The notes under the pieces are model-generated. The model saw nothing but the letters and a program-made list of their open reading frames with translations. It searched no databases and was not told where the DNA came from. Both the position numbers and the translations under genes were made by a program. A stretch of DNA of 64,000 bases from Octopus vulgaris (taxonomy: Eukaryota): the NCBI GenBank assembly GCA_951406725.2, contig OX597819.1:99014001-99078000 (forward strand), written 5' to 3'. Shown here one piece after another: positions 53,400-64,000 of this stretch; within the stretch, counting starts at the first letter, position 1, and each line of letters begins with the position of its first letter.

Positions 53400-53740
53400 T
53401 ATGTTTCTTTATTAGCCACACAGGGCTGCACACAGACAGGACAAATTACAAGGTAGAGCTTTTCTTTTGGGGGTAAAAAAAAGGGGGTTTTGTTTTCGAT
53501 AAAAAGGGATCGTAAAAGGAAAGAAAGAGGGCAAAAAAAGGGGGAATAAAATTTAAAAAAAAAAGGGGGGGAATTGATCAATAGGGATCGTTAACACAGA
53601 AATGTCAATATGAAGTGTAAAGGGGAGGACAGGTGAGGTTTACCCGTGGAAAGAAAAGCCTACGGAAAAGACCACGGTAACCTCGGTCAATGAAGTCACA
53701 TGTTATATTTCTTTTTTTTTTTGCAAGTAAGCAACTCTCT
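53400..53740 (-). mobile_element. Probable LINE 3' UTR fragment
   Basis: Minus strand ends TTTGTCCTGTCTGTGTGCAGCCCTGTGTGGCTAATAAAGAAACAT, like the tail of the 51590 SINE; hairpin at ~53635-53684. Confidence 0.5.
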
Positions 53741-53967
53741 GTATTAATTTTTACGGTTCATAGAATCATAGTCAAGGTGGCTTTGTCATTCATACGTGCC
53801 ATCCTTGCTACATTCACCCATCTTTTTTTAAAACATTCACTAGACAAAACGTGTAAACATACAAGGTCAATTCAAAGCGCTTTCTGTCCATATCGATGGT
53901 TAGAGAGCAACTTTCTCGATAAGAACAGCCTTCTCGCGGGTTCGAGTAGCTATGTTATGGGGAGTGA

Positions 53968-54129
53968 GTAAACCAATATCGGTGGGGAACAAGCACAAAG
54001 ACACACACCGGCTTTGGTCGGCCTTGGGCTTTAGTGGAAGACACTTAATGAAGGTGCCATACAGTGGGACAGAACCCAGAGCCATGTGGTTGGGAAACAA
54101 ACTTCTTACCACAGAGCCACGACTGCACC
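53968..54129 (-). mobile_element. Group A SINE, deleted copy
   Basis: GGAAGACAC..CAGTGGGACAGAACCC..CTTACCACAGAGCCAC head complement. Confidence 0.8.
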
Positions 54130-54256
54130 TAAATATATACAAATATATAAATACATATATGTTCATGTGTATATATATATATATATGCAGAAATACGTAC
54201 ACACGAATGCACACACACACACACTCAAACACTATCTCTCTCTTTTTCTCATTCTC

Positions 54257-54293
<37 letters not shown>

Positions 54294-54355
54294 CTCTCTC
54301 TTAAACACACACACACACGCACGCACACAGACACATTTATATATATATATATATA

Positions 54356-55480
54356 CTAGCATTAAAGACCCGTCGTTGCCGGGTCATAGTGCTAGTGCAT
54401 GTATATATGTGTATATATATATGTGTACATATTACATGTACATCTATATATATACATCTACACATAAAATACAAAATACAAAGTTATATCTTGATATCGC
54501 TAGTGATAACAATACTCAAAATATATAACAGACTGGAATTGTTAGCCCGTCTCTAGTAATTTCGATCAATTGTATCTTGTCCTCCCTCTTGTATAGAAGT
54601 GTGGCTACAATCCAGCCTACCTCTACTTCTGGGGGACATTTTAAATTTTTATCCGGGACGACCTATGTCCCAGATATAAAGGTAAAAATAAAATTTTTCC
54701 ACTTTGCAAGTTCGAGTCGAGTACTCCCTTGCATGCTTCGTTGACTCGAACCTTGCTTCTATTGTGGCGAATTTACCGCCTCTGATTAGATATCTTTCAT
54801 AGTCGCACCAAGACACTTTTCGAAGGTGCTTTCCTCCATGGGTTCAAATCTTTTTTCTCTACATTGTATACTTTATAGACAATAGTCTTTTCTTTAATTT
54901 AATTTTTTATTATCCATCTGAACTATTCCATTTCTGCACGCTAATTTTATTTTTAATTTATTCTCATTCATGTGAAACCACTTATTCAAGTTCAAGTCAT
55001 TGATGCAATTTTATACCAATTGCTATTTTTACTTTTGTTGTGTTACGATTATATTAAACTTTAGTTTGATTTTAATTATTACTTACTACATATAATTCAA
55101 ATGTTATTATTATTTTTATTGTTAAAGTGAAAGTATCTGACATAAAATAGAGAAATGTTTTTGTTTCACTTTTAACACGTAATACTGAAATAGTGGAGAA
55201 GATATGATATTGCTATGGGCTCGCTCTAGGCAAGAAGTTGAACATTTTTGCCCATGAAACTACATGGACCCCAAGTAAGGCATGTGTAAAATTTGAATGA
55301 AATTGGTTGTGTAGTTCTGAAGTTTTAGGGAATCGTAGTGGAGAAGATATGATATTGCTGTGGGCTCGCCCTAGGAAAAAAGTCGAAAATTTTTTTTGCC
55401 GATGACACTACCCGGACCCTAAGTAAGGCACGTGTAAAATTTGAATGAAATTGGTTGTGTAATTCTCAAGTTTTAGGGAA

Positions 55481-55512
<32 letters not shown>

Positions 55513-55559
55513 ATAGACAGACAGATAGACACACATTCTCAATTTTATATATATAAAGA
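54356..55559 (-). mobile_element. Non-autonomous Helitron with ~145-bp internal duplication
   Basis: Minus strand 5' TCTTTATATATATAAAA after A; 3' GACCCGGCAACGACGGGTC hairpin, then CTAG followed by T; 55191-55332 repeated at 55336-55480. Confidence 0.88.
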
Positions 55560-55772
55560 TTTATAAGGAGCGGATATACGAACACACACACACACACATC
55601 CGTTGTATGCAACAGAAACGGTATTAGATTAAAATACTCATCTGTGTATTATACTTAATGCAAATACGTCGCAGAAAAGCGAACTTGCAGCGGATTCATC
55701 TTGAAATAATATCTGTTATGGACGTACTGTGTTTAAAATTTTATCAGCAGCAGGCGAAAATCGTCAAAAATG

Positions 55773-55836
<64 letters not shown>

Positions 55837-55873
55837 GTGTGTGTGTATATACATACATTACATACCTATATAT

Positions 55874-56233
55874 TTATTCTTTTATTCTTTTACTTGTTTC
55901 AGTCATTTGACTGTGGCCATGCTGGAGCAAAGCCTCTAGTCGAGCAAAACGTCCCCAGGACTTATCGGTCTCATTTGCCGAATCGCTAGTTTACGGGGAC
56001 GTAAACACACCAGCATTGGATGTCAAGCGATGTTGGGGGTACAAACATATTCACACACATGCATATATATACGGCGGACTTCTTTCAGTTTCCGTCTACC
56101 AAATCCACTCACAAGGCTTTGGTCGGCCCGAAGCCATTGTAGAAGGTACCTGCACTAGGCGCTACGCAGTAGGACTGAACCCGTAACCATGTGGTTGGTA
56201 AGCAAAGTACTTTCTACACAGCCATTCCTGCGC
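55874..56233 (-). mobile_element. tRNA-derived SINE, group A
   Basis: Tail, core and head on the minus strand. Confidence 0.88.
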
Positions 56234-56460
56234 TTATAAGTATATATACAACAGACTACTATGCTAGTGGGTTGTTGTATAAAATGTCGTTAAACATTTT
56301 GTCCGGAGCGATAAATAACGACGGCAACTGTGACGAATACGATGATGATCGAAATAATGACGGTGATTATGGAAATGATGATAGAGATGACGATGATGAT
56401 GATGATGATGATGACATGATATGAAGATGGTATGACATGATATGATGACACGATATGAAG

Positions 56461-56670
56461 TCGGCGAGCTGGCAGGAACGTTAGCACGCCGAGCGAAATG
56501 CTTATCGGCGTTTCGTCTGCCGTTACGTTCTGTGTTCAAATTCCGCCGAGATCGACTTTGCCTTTCATCCTTTCGAGGTCGATAAATTAAGTACCAGTTG
56601 CATACTGGGGTCGATCTAATCAACTGGTCTCCTCCCTCAAAATTTCAGACCTTGCGCCTAGAGATGAAAA
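56461..56670 (+). mobile_element. MetaSINE-type SINE (group B) with TSD
   Basis: Core CGACTTTGCCTTTCATCCTTTCGAGGTCGATAAA; flanks GACA[C/T]GATATGAAG at 56447-56460 and 56671-56684. Confidence 0.88.
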
Positions 56671-56975
56671 GACATGATATGAAGATGGTGGTGATGGGGG
56701 GGGTGATAATAAGGAGAAAGAAGTGAACGGGGAAGAGAATAGTGATAAGGTGTTGGCAGTGGCGGTGGTGTTGGGTATATACGATTGTGACAGGTTTGGT
56801 AGTTGTGATGATAGCGGTGATGATGATGACGATGACGATGACGACGACGATGATGATGACATGCAGACTCAACAAAATATAAACAACAATAACAATAACA
56901 AGCCTTACTCATCCTCATCCCCATCTTCGTCATCATGGCCGTGACCGCAATCGCCATCAAAATCAATAGTAGTGA

Positions 56976-57368
56976 GGCGCAATGGCCCAGTGGTTAGAGC
57001 AACGAACTCGCGGTCGTAAGAACGCGGTTTCGATTCCCAGACCGGGTATTGTGAATGTTTATTGAGCAAAAACACCTAAGCTCCACGAGACTCCGGCGGT
57101 GGTGGATGAACCCCGCTGTAGTCTTTCACCACAACTTTCTTTCTCTCTTTCTTCCTGCTTCTGCCACAAAGCAGAGGAACGATAGTGTGGTAAACTTTCA
57201 GACTCTAGTCTACCCCAGGTTGGTTCAGCTCTACACCCGTTAAAAACCACCGTTTACGGATCTTCAAGTTGTCACACGCATTCTTAGTGGCTTAGAGTAA
57301 GCTCGAAATAGAGATTATTCTTAGTGGCTAATGGCATGAGTCCTGATTGGAAGAAGAAGAAGAAGAAG
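56976..57368 (+). mobile_element. tRNA-derived SINE, group D, with (GAA)n tail
   Basis: A box TGGCCCAGTGG, B box GTTTCGATTCCC; head repeated at 58371; tail repeated inverted at 63816-63900. Confidence 0.8.
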
Positions 57369-58271
57369 ACAGCAACAGCATTAGCAACAACAGTAGGAGC
57401 AACTACACTACCACCACCACTACCACCACCACCACCACCTCCAGAACAACAACAACAACAACAACAGCAACAGCAGCAGTTTAAAATAAGCCGCCATATA
57501 TTATTTTATTTAAGATACATCTTTGAAGTTTTGATATATTCTATCGTAAAGAAATTTGAAAGAGAAAAAATAAATTTAAAGTTATATTAAAATAGACAAA
57601 AAAGTAATCGTTTATTCCTTGCCACCCCTCCACTTCTGTCTCCAGTATTCCCCACCCCTTCGTCCCCTCTGTCTTCCTATTGTCGTTGGAAGATGCTTAT
57701 TGCAATAGAAACAAAAAGGAATTCGTTTTATTTGTTTATTTTTGTTTTGTTTAACTATTTGTTTCTAAATTTACATATTTTCAGTTTCACTTTCATTATA
57801 TATCGTGATTGGTTTTATTGTTTGTTAGTTTCCGATTTTTTTGTTGTTGTTTTTTTAATATCCAATCTTGAGAATTTCCAACATATTTTCAAAGATGGTT
57901 TGGCAGTAAAATTATTGGTTTTAAGCTATTGCAAACCACCAGTAATATCTCGTCTTTATTGGTAACAGAGGAACAAAAACAGACCCGTTACAATAGAAAT
58001 ATAGAAGTCACTGTATTACATACATAAATACATACATGCATACAAACATACTCACATACATATAGATATACATATACATACATACATACATACATACATA
58101 CATACATACAAACATACATACATACATGCATACATACATATGTGTGTGTGTATTCTTCCGATTGTAGATATATAATAGACATTAAAATACAAATATTTAC
58201 AAATACTTTGTAATATAATATACAAATATACACACACGCTTGTATGTATGTGTATATATGTATACATATAC

Positions 58272-58334
<63 letters not shown>

Positions 58335-58370
58335 CGTGTGTGTGTGTGCGTGTGGGGGCGTGTGTGTGGG

Positions 58371-58538
58371 GGCGCAATGGTCCAGTGGTTAGGGCTGCGA
58401 ACTCGCGGTTTCGATTCCCAGACCGGGCGTTGTGAGTGTTTATTGAACGAAAACACATAAAGCTCCACAACGCTCAGGCATGGGGTGGTGGTGAACCCTG
58501 CTGTACTCTTTCACTACAACTTTCTCTTACTCTTTCTA
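58371..58538 (+). mobile_element. Group D SINE 5' part
   Basis: Matches 56976-57150. Confidence 0.8.
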
Positions 58539-58721
58539 TACATACGCAAACACACAAACACATGTACACATACACACACGCACATTACATACATACATAC
58601 ATACATACATGCATACATACATACATACATATATATGCGTGCGTTTGTACACCCCCCCACACACACATATGCGTACGTCTGTATGTGCACGCGCGTTCGT
58701 GTGTGCATATGTGCGTGTTTG

Positions 58722-58845
58722 AGGGCATATGGCCTTGTGGTTAGGGTGTTGTACTCACGATCGCAAGATCGTGGATTCGATTCTCGGAGAGGGTAGTGCG
58801 TTGTGTTCTTGAGTAAAACACTTCAACTCACGTTGCTCTGCGACA
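58722..58845 (+). mobile_element. Group C SINE head
   Basis: TGGCCTTGTGGTTAGGG..GATTCGATTCTC..GTGTTCTTGAGTAAAACACTT. Confidence 0.7.
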
Positions 58846-58867
58846 CCTTAGATATTTAGATCGATCA

Positions 58868-58907
58868 ATAGACAGACAGACACAGACAGACAGACAGACA
58901 GACAGAC

Positions 58908-58958
<51 letters not shown>

Positions 58959-58997
58959 GGCAGGCAGGCAGACAGACAGACAGACAGACATACAGAC

Positions 58998-59066
<69 letters not shown>
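58868..59066. repeat. (GACA)n(GATA)n microsatellite
   Basis: Direct reading. Confidence 0.95.
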
Positions 59067-59159
59067 TCTCTACAGAAGGCAATACTTAGAAACTATATAC
59101 ATACACACTAAAACTCTCATTTATCTTCATTATAATGTTTTTAATTTTGGTTCGCTGTA

Positions 59160-59480
59160 GCTGAAGTTCGTGTGTATGTATACGACGGTTTCAGAGTTTT
59201 AAAATCATTATAGCTAACATATACATTCATTCAGATTGTGGAACAAGAGAACTCCACCTCCTTGTCCAACTGCATCTGGAAACTAAGGGGCCGCGGAACT
59301 GAGCGTGCCAACATAATCTGGAATATTGTGGATAAAGCCCCAACATCTTGGTCTAGAAGGGAGAATATTGTATGCTCTGCAACAGTGAGGCGCTTGAGTT
59401 CCTGAAACAGCCAGCGGTATTACTCAACCGATGAACCAATGTATTAGTTATTTGTTGTCAACAAAAACGGAGATTAAACC
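59160..59480 (+). mobile_element. Neptune-like PLE GIY-YIG C-terminal fragment
   Basis: HSFR..NSTSLSNCIWKLR..IIWNIVDKA..YCMLCNSE..LLNR, cf. TxLSKYIWxLK..W.I..A..CxLCLxEK..LLNKR. Confidence 0.7.
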
Positions 59481-60361
59481 ACATTACTTAGCACATTATA
59501 AACCACATTATTTACATTATATATTTTTAATTCGACTATTGTGTACATTTGTATGTGTATGTGTTTGTGAGTGAGCGTGATGTGAGTCTGTGTGCGCTTG
59601 TGTGTGTTTGTGAAGAAAGTTTGGAATGTACAAGTTACTTGTGTGTAACCTATGTTACTATGCTAAATAACTGTCCAGTCAACTTGTTGATAAAAATGGC
59701 GCAGTTATAACTGACGAGAAACTCATTGACTTTTTTTTATTCAATAGACTGCTTGGCTTGTGTTTTATAGACATTAAAATATATCAAGGATGTTCAGTAG
59801 GCGATACATGCGCAATTTATACACATCATGTTGTCTCCAGTTTAATGCTTTTATAGTTCTTTTTAAAATTTAGTGCAGAACCAGGAAATGCTGGCATAAC
59901 CCTTCATAAATCTAATGAATTGATTTTTTGTATGTAGAAACAGAGGTAGCTAGGTAGACAGGTAGACGGATGAACGGATAAAAGATTTTGAGATGAAGAA
60001 TAAGACTGATGAATCTGTCTATGAATGTCATATATATGTATATACATATGACCGATAAGCCTATACCAAAACTGATATGCGTATGTATGTTATTTATGAT
60101 TATATATGTATGGTTTATGAATATGAACTAGAACTGATAATGTCTGTGTATTATACGTATACATGAATGGTTTATGTATATATTCTAAAACTGATATGTA
60201 TGTATTTATCTCTGTGTTTGTGTGTGTATGTGTGTGGCTGTGAATGTCTGTGTGTGAATGAATGTTACAGGTATCTTTACTAACACTGAAATTTTTCCAA
60301 GATATGAATCAGCTCAGTTATCCTCTGGAGAACTGCGTCTCAATTAATAGACACTCATTAG

Positions 60362-60421
<60 letters not shown>

Positions 60422-60687
60422 ATTCACTCACTCACTCACTCACTCACACACTTACGCATTTATATTTTTGCATTTACATACATAAATATATAAGTGTTTG
60501 CATGTGTATAAATATATATTTGTGTATGTTTGACCATATACAACTTATACATGAATATATATATATAAATATATATATATATGCTATGTATATATTTATA
60601 AATATATATATGTTATGTATACATATGTGTATATGAATGTTGTCTATCTATGTATCTCTCTCTCTCTCGCAATATATATATATATAT

Positions 60688-60846
<159 letters not shown>

Positions 60847-61097
60847 TATCAGAACATGAGTGAGGAAGGGAGTGAGAGATCTGACAGTGTCTCTATTCAT
60901 TATTTATTTCCAGATGTCTACGTCTTTCATATTACAATATCTCTGTTAACTCTACACTATTAGAATCTGCTCTATGTCTCATCTATAACTTACAATTACG
61001 ATATCATCATAATTAGTGAACTAATGTATATTCTGTTATTAGTTCCCTTTGTATATTTAATTAAGTATAGCGATTTATCGTTGTTGCTATTATTATT

Positions 61098-61840
61098 GTG
61101 TAATCCTAAGTTCACCTTGGCCGAGCAGAACTATGGCCAAAACCATGGCTATCTAATCTTATTTTCAAACATAATACATCTATAACTACTTTATTCCATT
61201 AGTAATATTTTTTCAAAATTCTAGGGTGTGATTTGGGAGAGATTTTGGCTGCTATTTCTAGTAAGGTATAAATACAGACAGAGGTTCAGACATCGACTGT
61301 TGTGCATTAAGAAATATTAGCAGTATGTTAGAGGATGAGCACAAAAAGAAGAAAATACAGGAGAGGCTAGTTTCACGTTGAAAAAGGAGAAAGTGTTTTG
61401 ACGTTTCAGACTCATTTGAAATATAAAAAGAATGAAAATGAAATGAAAAGAAAAAACAAAAGTTGGCTGGAAAAATGATTTAACCCTATGTCAGCGCTGA
61501 TTAAGCAGACATGCATTCTAGCCACGAATGTGCTATCTTTTTACAAACATAGTACTACCATTGTTACATTATGTAATATGGCATTTCATTTTTATAGATC
61601 TTAGAGAATGACTTAAAAGATTTTAGTTGCTTTTTCTGACAAATTGAGCAACCTCGTAGATGTTCACCCGTTATTTCGAGGAAATGATTATTTTGCTTCA
61701 GGTTTACTCTAACCAAGAAAACATGGGATTAAAGACATTCCAGCCATGACCATTAAGTGACATTGTGTAGTATGTTCTTCCTGTTTTAAGATGACATGGT
61801 AAATGCAATAGCGACTGCACTATAGCAGGGTTCCACTCAC
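61098..61840 (+). repeat. Three diverged copies of a ~190-bp repeat
   Basis: ~61098-61290, ~61480-61670, ~61700-61840 share TAAxCCTAxGT..AGCAGA..CCATG..AAACATA..GATTTTxGxTGCT. Confidence 0.5.
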
Positions 61841-62011
61841 TGACAAATGTCAGTCCTTCTACTTAAGTATTAGAGAAATATTGTGCTTTCACTTATCCCT
61901 TTTTTAAAACGACAACCTTAACGTGTGCATCCTTATATTTTTTTTTTTTGCCATGGTGTTCGACAAGCTCTAAATTTTGAAAACTATTTTAATATTTTTT
62001 AACGTAAATCA

Positions 62012-62411
62012 GTGCAGGCGTGGCTGTGTGGTAAGAAGCTTGCTTACCAACCACATGGTTCCGGATTCAGTTCCACTGCGTGGCACCTTGGGAAAGTGTT
62101 TTCTACTATAGCCTCGGGCAGATCAAAGCCTTGTGAGTGGATTTGGTAGTCGAAAACTGAAAGAAACCCGTCGTATACATGTGTGCGTGTGCGTTTTTGA
62201 GTCTATTTGTACCCACATCATCGCTTGACAACCGGTATTGATATGTTTACGTCCCCGTAACTTAGACGGTCGGCAAAAGAAACCGAAAGGATAATTACTA
62301 GGCTTAAAAGATAAGTCAAGAGATCGATTTGTTCGACTAAAAAGCCCTTCAAGGCGGTGCTCTAACATGACCACTATCAAATGACTGAAATAAATAAAAG
62401 ATTAAAAGAAT
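62012..62411 (+). mobile_element. tRNA-derived SINE, group A
   Basis: Full head, core and tail. Confidence 0.88.
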
Positions 62412-62724
62412 AGTCATTTGTTCACTCTCTTTTCAAATTTCAATCATCCAAAGGAATGGGCCTGCTCTTCCCCTATAAGAAACACCGCAATAGAGGCCAT
62501 TTGACTATTATTTCTCTTTAAATGATTAAGGAGAACGTAAATTGTTTTTACGCGACTTTGTCAGAAAAATAAAATGAGTGGCGATACTGAGAGGAAAGAG
62601 AAAAAGTTATTTTAAGACCGAAGATCTGGTTCAATGTGTGCAACAGAGTGGACAACATCAAAGGTAGTCAAGTTCCAGATGTTGCTGTTACATCACAAGA
62701 ATGAGAACTATTCCTCCGACCAGT

Positions 62725-62858
62725 TTTCATATAGTTTCCGTCCATCAAATTTCACTCTCAAGGTTTTGGTGAATCCAAGGCAATAGTAGAAAATACTTAC
62801 CCGTGGTACCAGGGAGTAAGTTCGAACTCGAAGCCATGCAACTGGGAAGCAAACTTAC
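62725..62858 (-). mobile_element. Diverged group A SINE head
   Basis: AGTTTCCGTCCATCAAATTTCACTCTCAAGG..TGGGAAGCAAACTT. Confidence 0.6.
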
Positions 62859-62869
62859 AAACAACAATC

Positions 62870-63812
62870 CTGTACTCGTTTCAGATATGTGGCCGGAAAG
62901 ACACCGCCGTCATTTTCATTTTTCATTCGGTAGGGTACATTTAACTTGCTGGCCATTTGATGGCAGTCTATATGCCAGGCCCTCTGCCACTGTTTATGCA
63001 TGATCCAGAAATGCAACTCTTTCAGAGAGCCGAGCTGCAGAAAAGTGCATCTAGCAAACGACAACCATACCTGCTCACTGTCAAGGATACGCTGAAGATG
63101 ACGTAACCTCAGTGCATGCGTATGTTTCATTAGCCATAGCATGCTCAGTTCCTCATTCAGTAGACGTTCACGGAAAATGGAAGTTTTCCATTCTTGATAG
63201 CCATGAAGCGGAGAATGGAACGGTATGAGATGACGAATGTTATGTAGGCATTGCCCACTTTCACTCTAATGTTCAATAATAGTTTTCACTCGATCCATTT
63301 CTGAGTGAGACTAGCTATTTTGCTCGTTACCTCTTCGCGGTTCTTGTTCACCTGGAGATCTGGAACAAACTAGAGCTTGAGCAATTTTGGTGGTCCATCC
63401 ATCCAGTGTCTCACGACGCTGTTAGAAGGCACGGGCCTGCCTCTCCAGGCCCGACGACTTCTGGTTAATTTTTGCTCCTCCTGTTACGGTCTCGTATTCC
63501 CTTAAGGCAGTTTCGATTACCTCGATGTGTTCGATGTCTGACAGCATTACGGTGACGCCGTCTACATATGCATATACGAATCTTTCGCATCGTAGTTCTG
63601 GAGTCGTGACTCTCGAGAGAGGGAGCACCCTTGACAGACCGAATAATTATGACAGGTGCTCGATTATGCGGACCACCAAACTGATGTTACTCTCTGTTGC
63701 AGCGATCGATCTGAAAACGGGGTGGAAACCAACCGCCTTGAGGACAGATACCAAGTATTGATGGTCGACCTTACCGAAAGCTTTCAATTGATCGTAATCA
63801 GAACCCCGCTGA
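62870..63812 (-). mobile_element. Tx1/L1-clade LINE RT relic
   Basis: Minus strand: DQLKAFGKVDHQYLVSVLKAVGF, VCQGCSLS, AYVDGVTV (YADD), EYETVTGGAKINQKS. Confidence 0.85.
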
Positions 63813-63815
63813 TAT

Positions 63816-64000
63816 CTTCTTCTTCTTCTTCCAATCAGGACTCACGCCATTAGCCACAAAGAATAATCTCTAATTCGAGCCTACTCTAAGCTACTAAGAA
63901 TCCACCCACTAAGAATCCATACTAAGATCCACCCACCACACGCGATAGACTGGTGGTTGCACGGGCGCGAAAGCTACGTCGTTATCCTCATTCCGTAAAC
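63816..64000 (-). mobile_element. Group D SINE 3' end (continues beyond the window)
   Basis: (CTT)n CCAATCAGGACTCAxGCCATTAGCCAC matches the reverse complement of 57280-57365. Confidence 0.75.

Noticed and set aside
59705-59730. CTGACGAGAAAC downstream of the PLE fragment
   Set aside because: No stem II or stem III; cannot fold as a hammerhead

Overview
AT-rich, microsatellite-dense eukaryotic DNA with no recognisable intact host gene, so probably intergenic or a large intron. The SINE and LINE families look like those of octopus (coleoid cephalopod) genomes; this is inferred from recalled repeat sequences, not from a search. Contents: about 25 tRNA-derived SINE copies or fragments in four groups, one with a MetaSINE-type core; three Tc1/mariner elements, one nearly complete at 21806-23096; a Chapaev3-like remnant; two non-autonomous Helitrons; R4/Dong-type REL-endonuclease LINE pieces in (AAT)n tracts; RTE, Tx1/L1 and possibly CR1 relics; and many Penelope-like (PLE) pieces. 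Most listed ORFs are microsatellite artefacts. I found no novel protein-coding system. The best leads are nucleic-acid level: four hammerhead-ribozyme folds with non-canonical features, a discrete ~530-bp (AAT)n-targeting non-coding retroelement stacked with Dong/R4 copies, an exact 184-bp x3 SINE concatemer inside one 18-bp TSD, recurrent inverted copies of nearby DNA at (TA)n tracts including a perfect 103-bp inverted repeat, and a Helitron end that reads as a terminus on both strands. Boundaries of degenerate elements are approximate.
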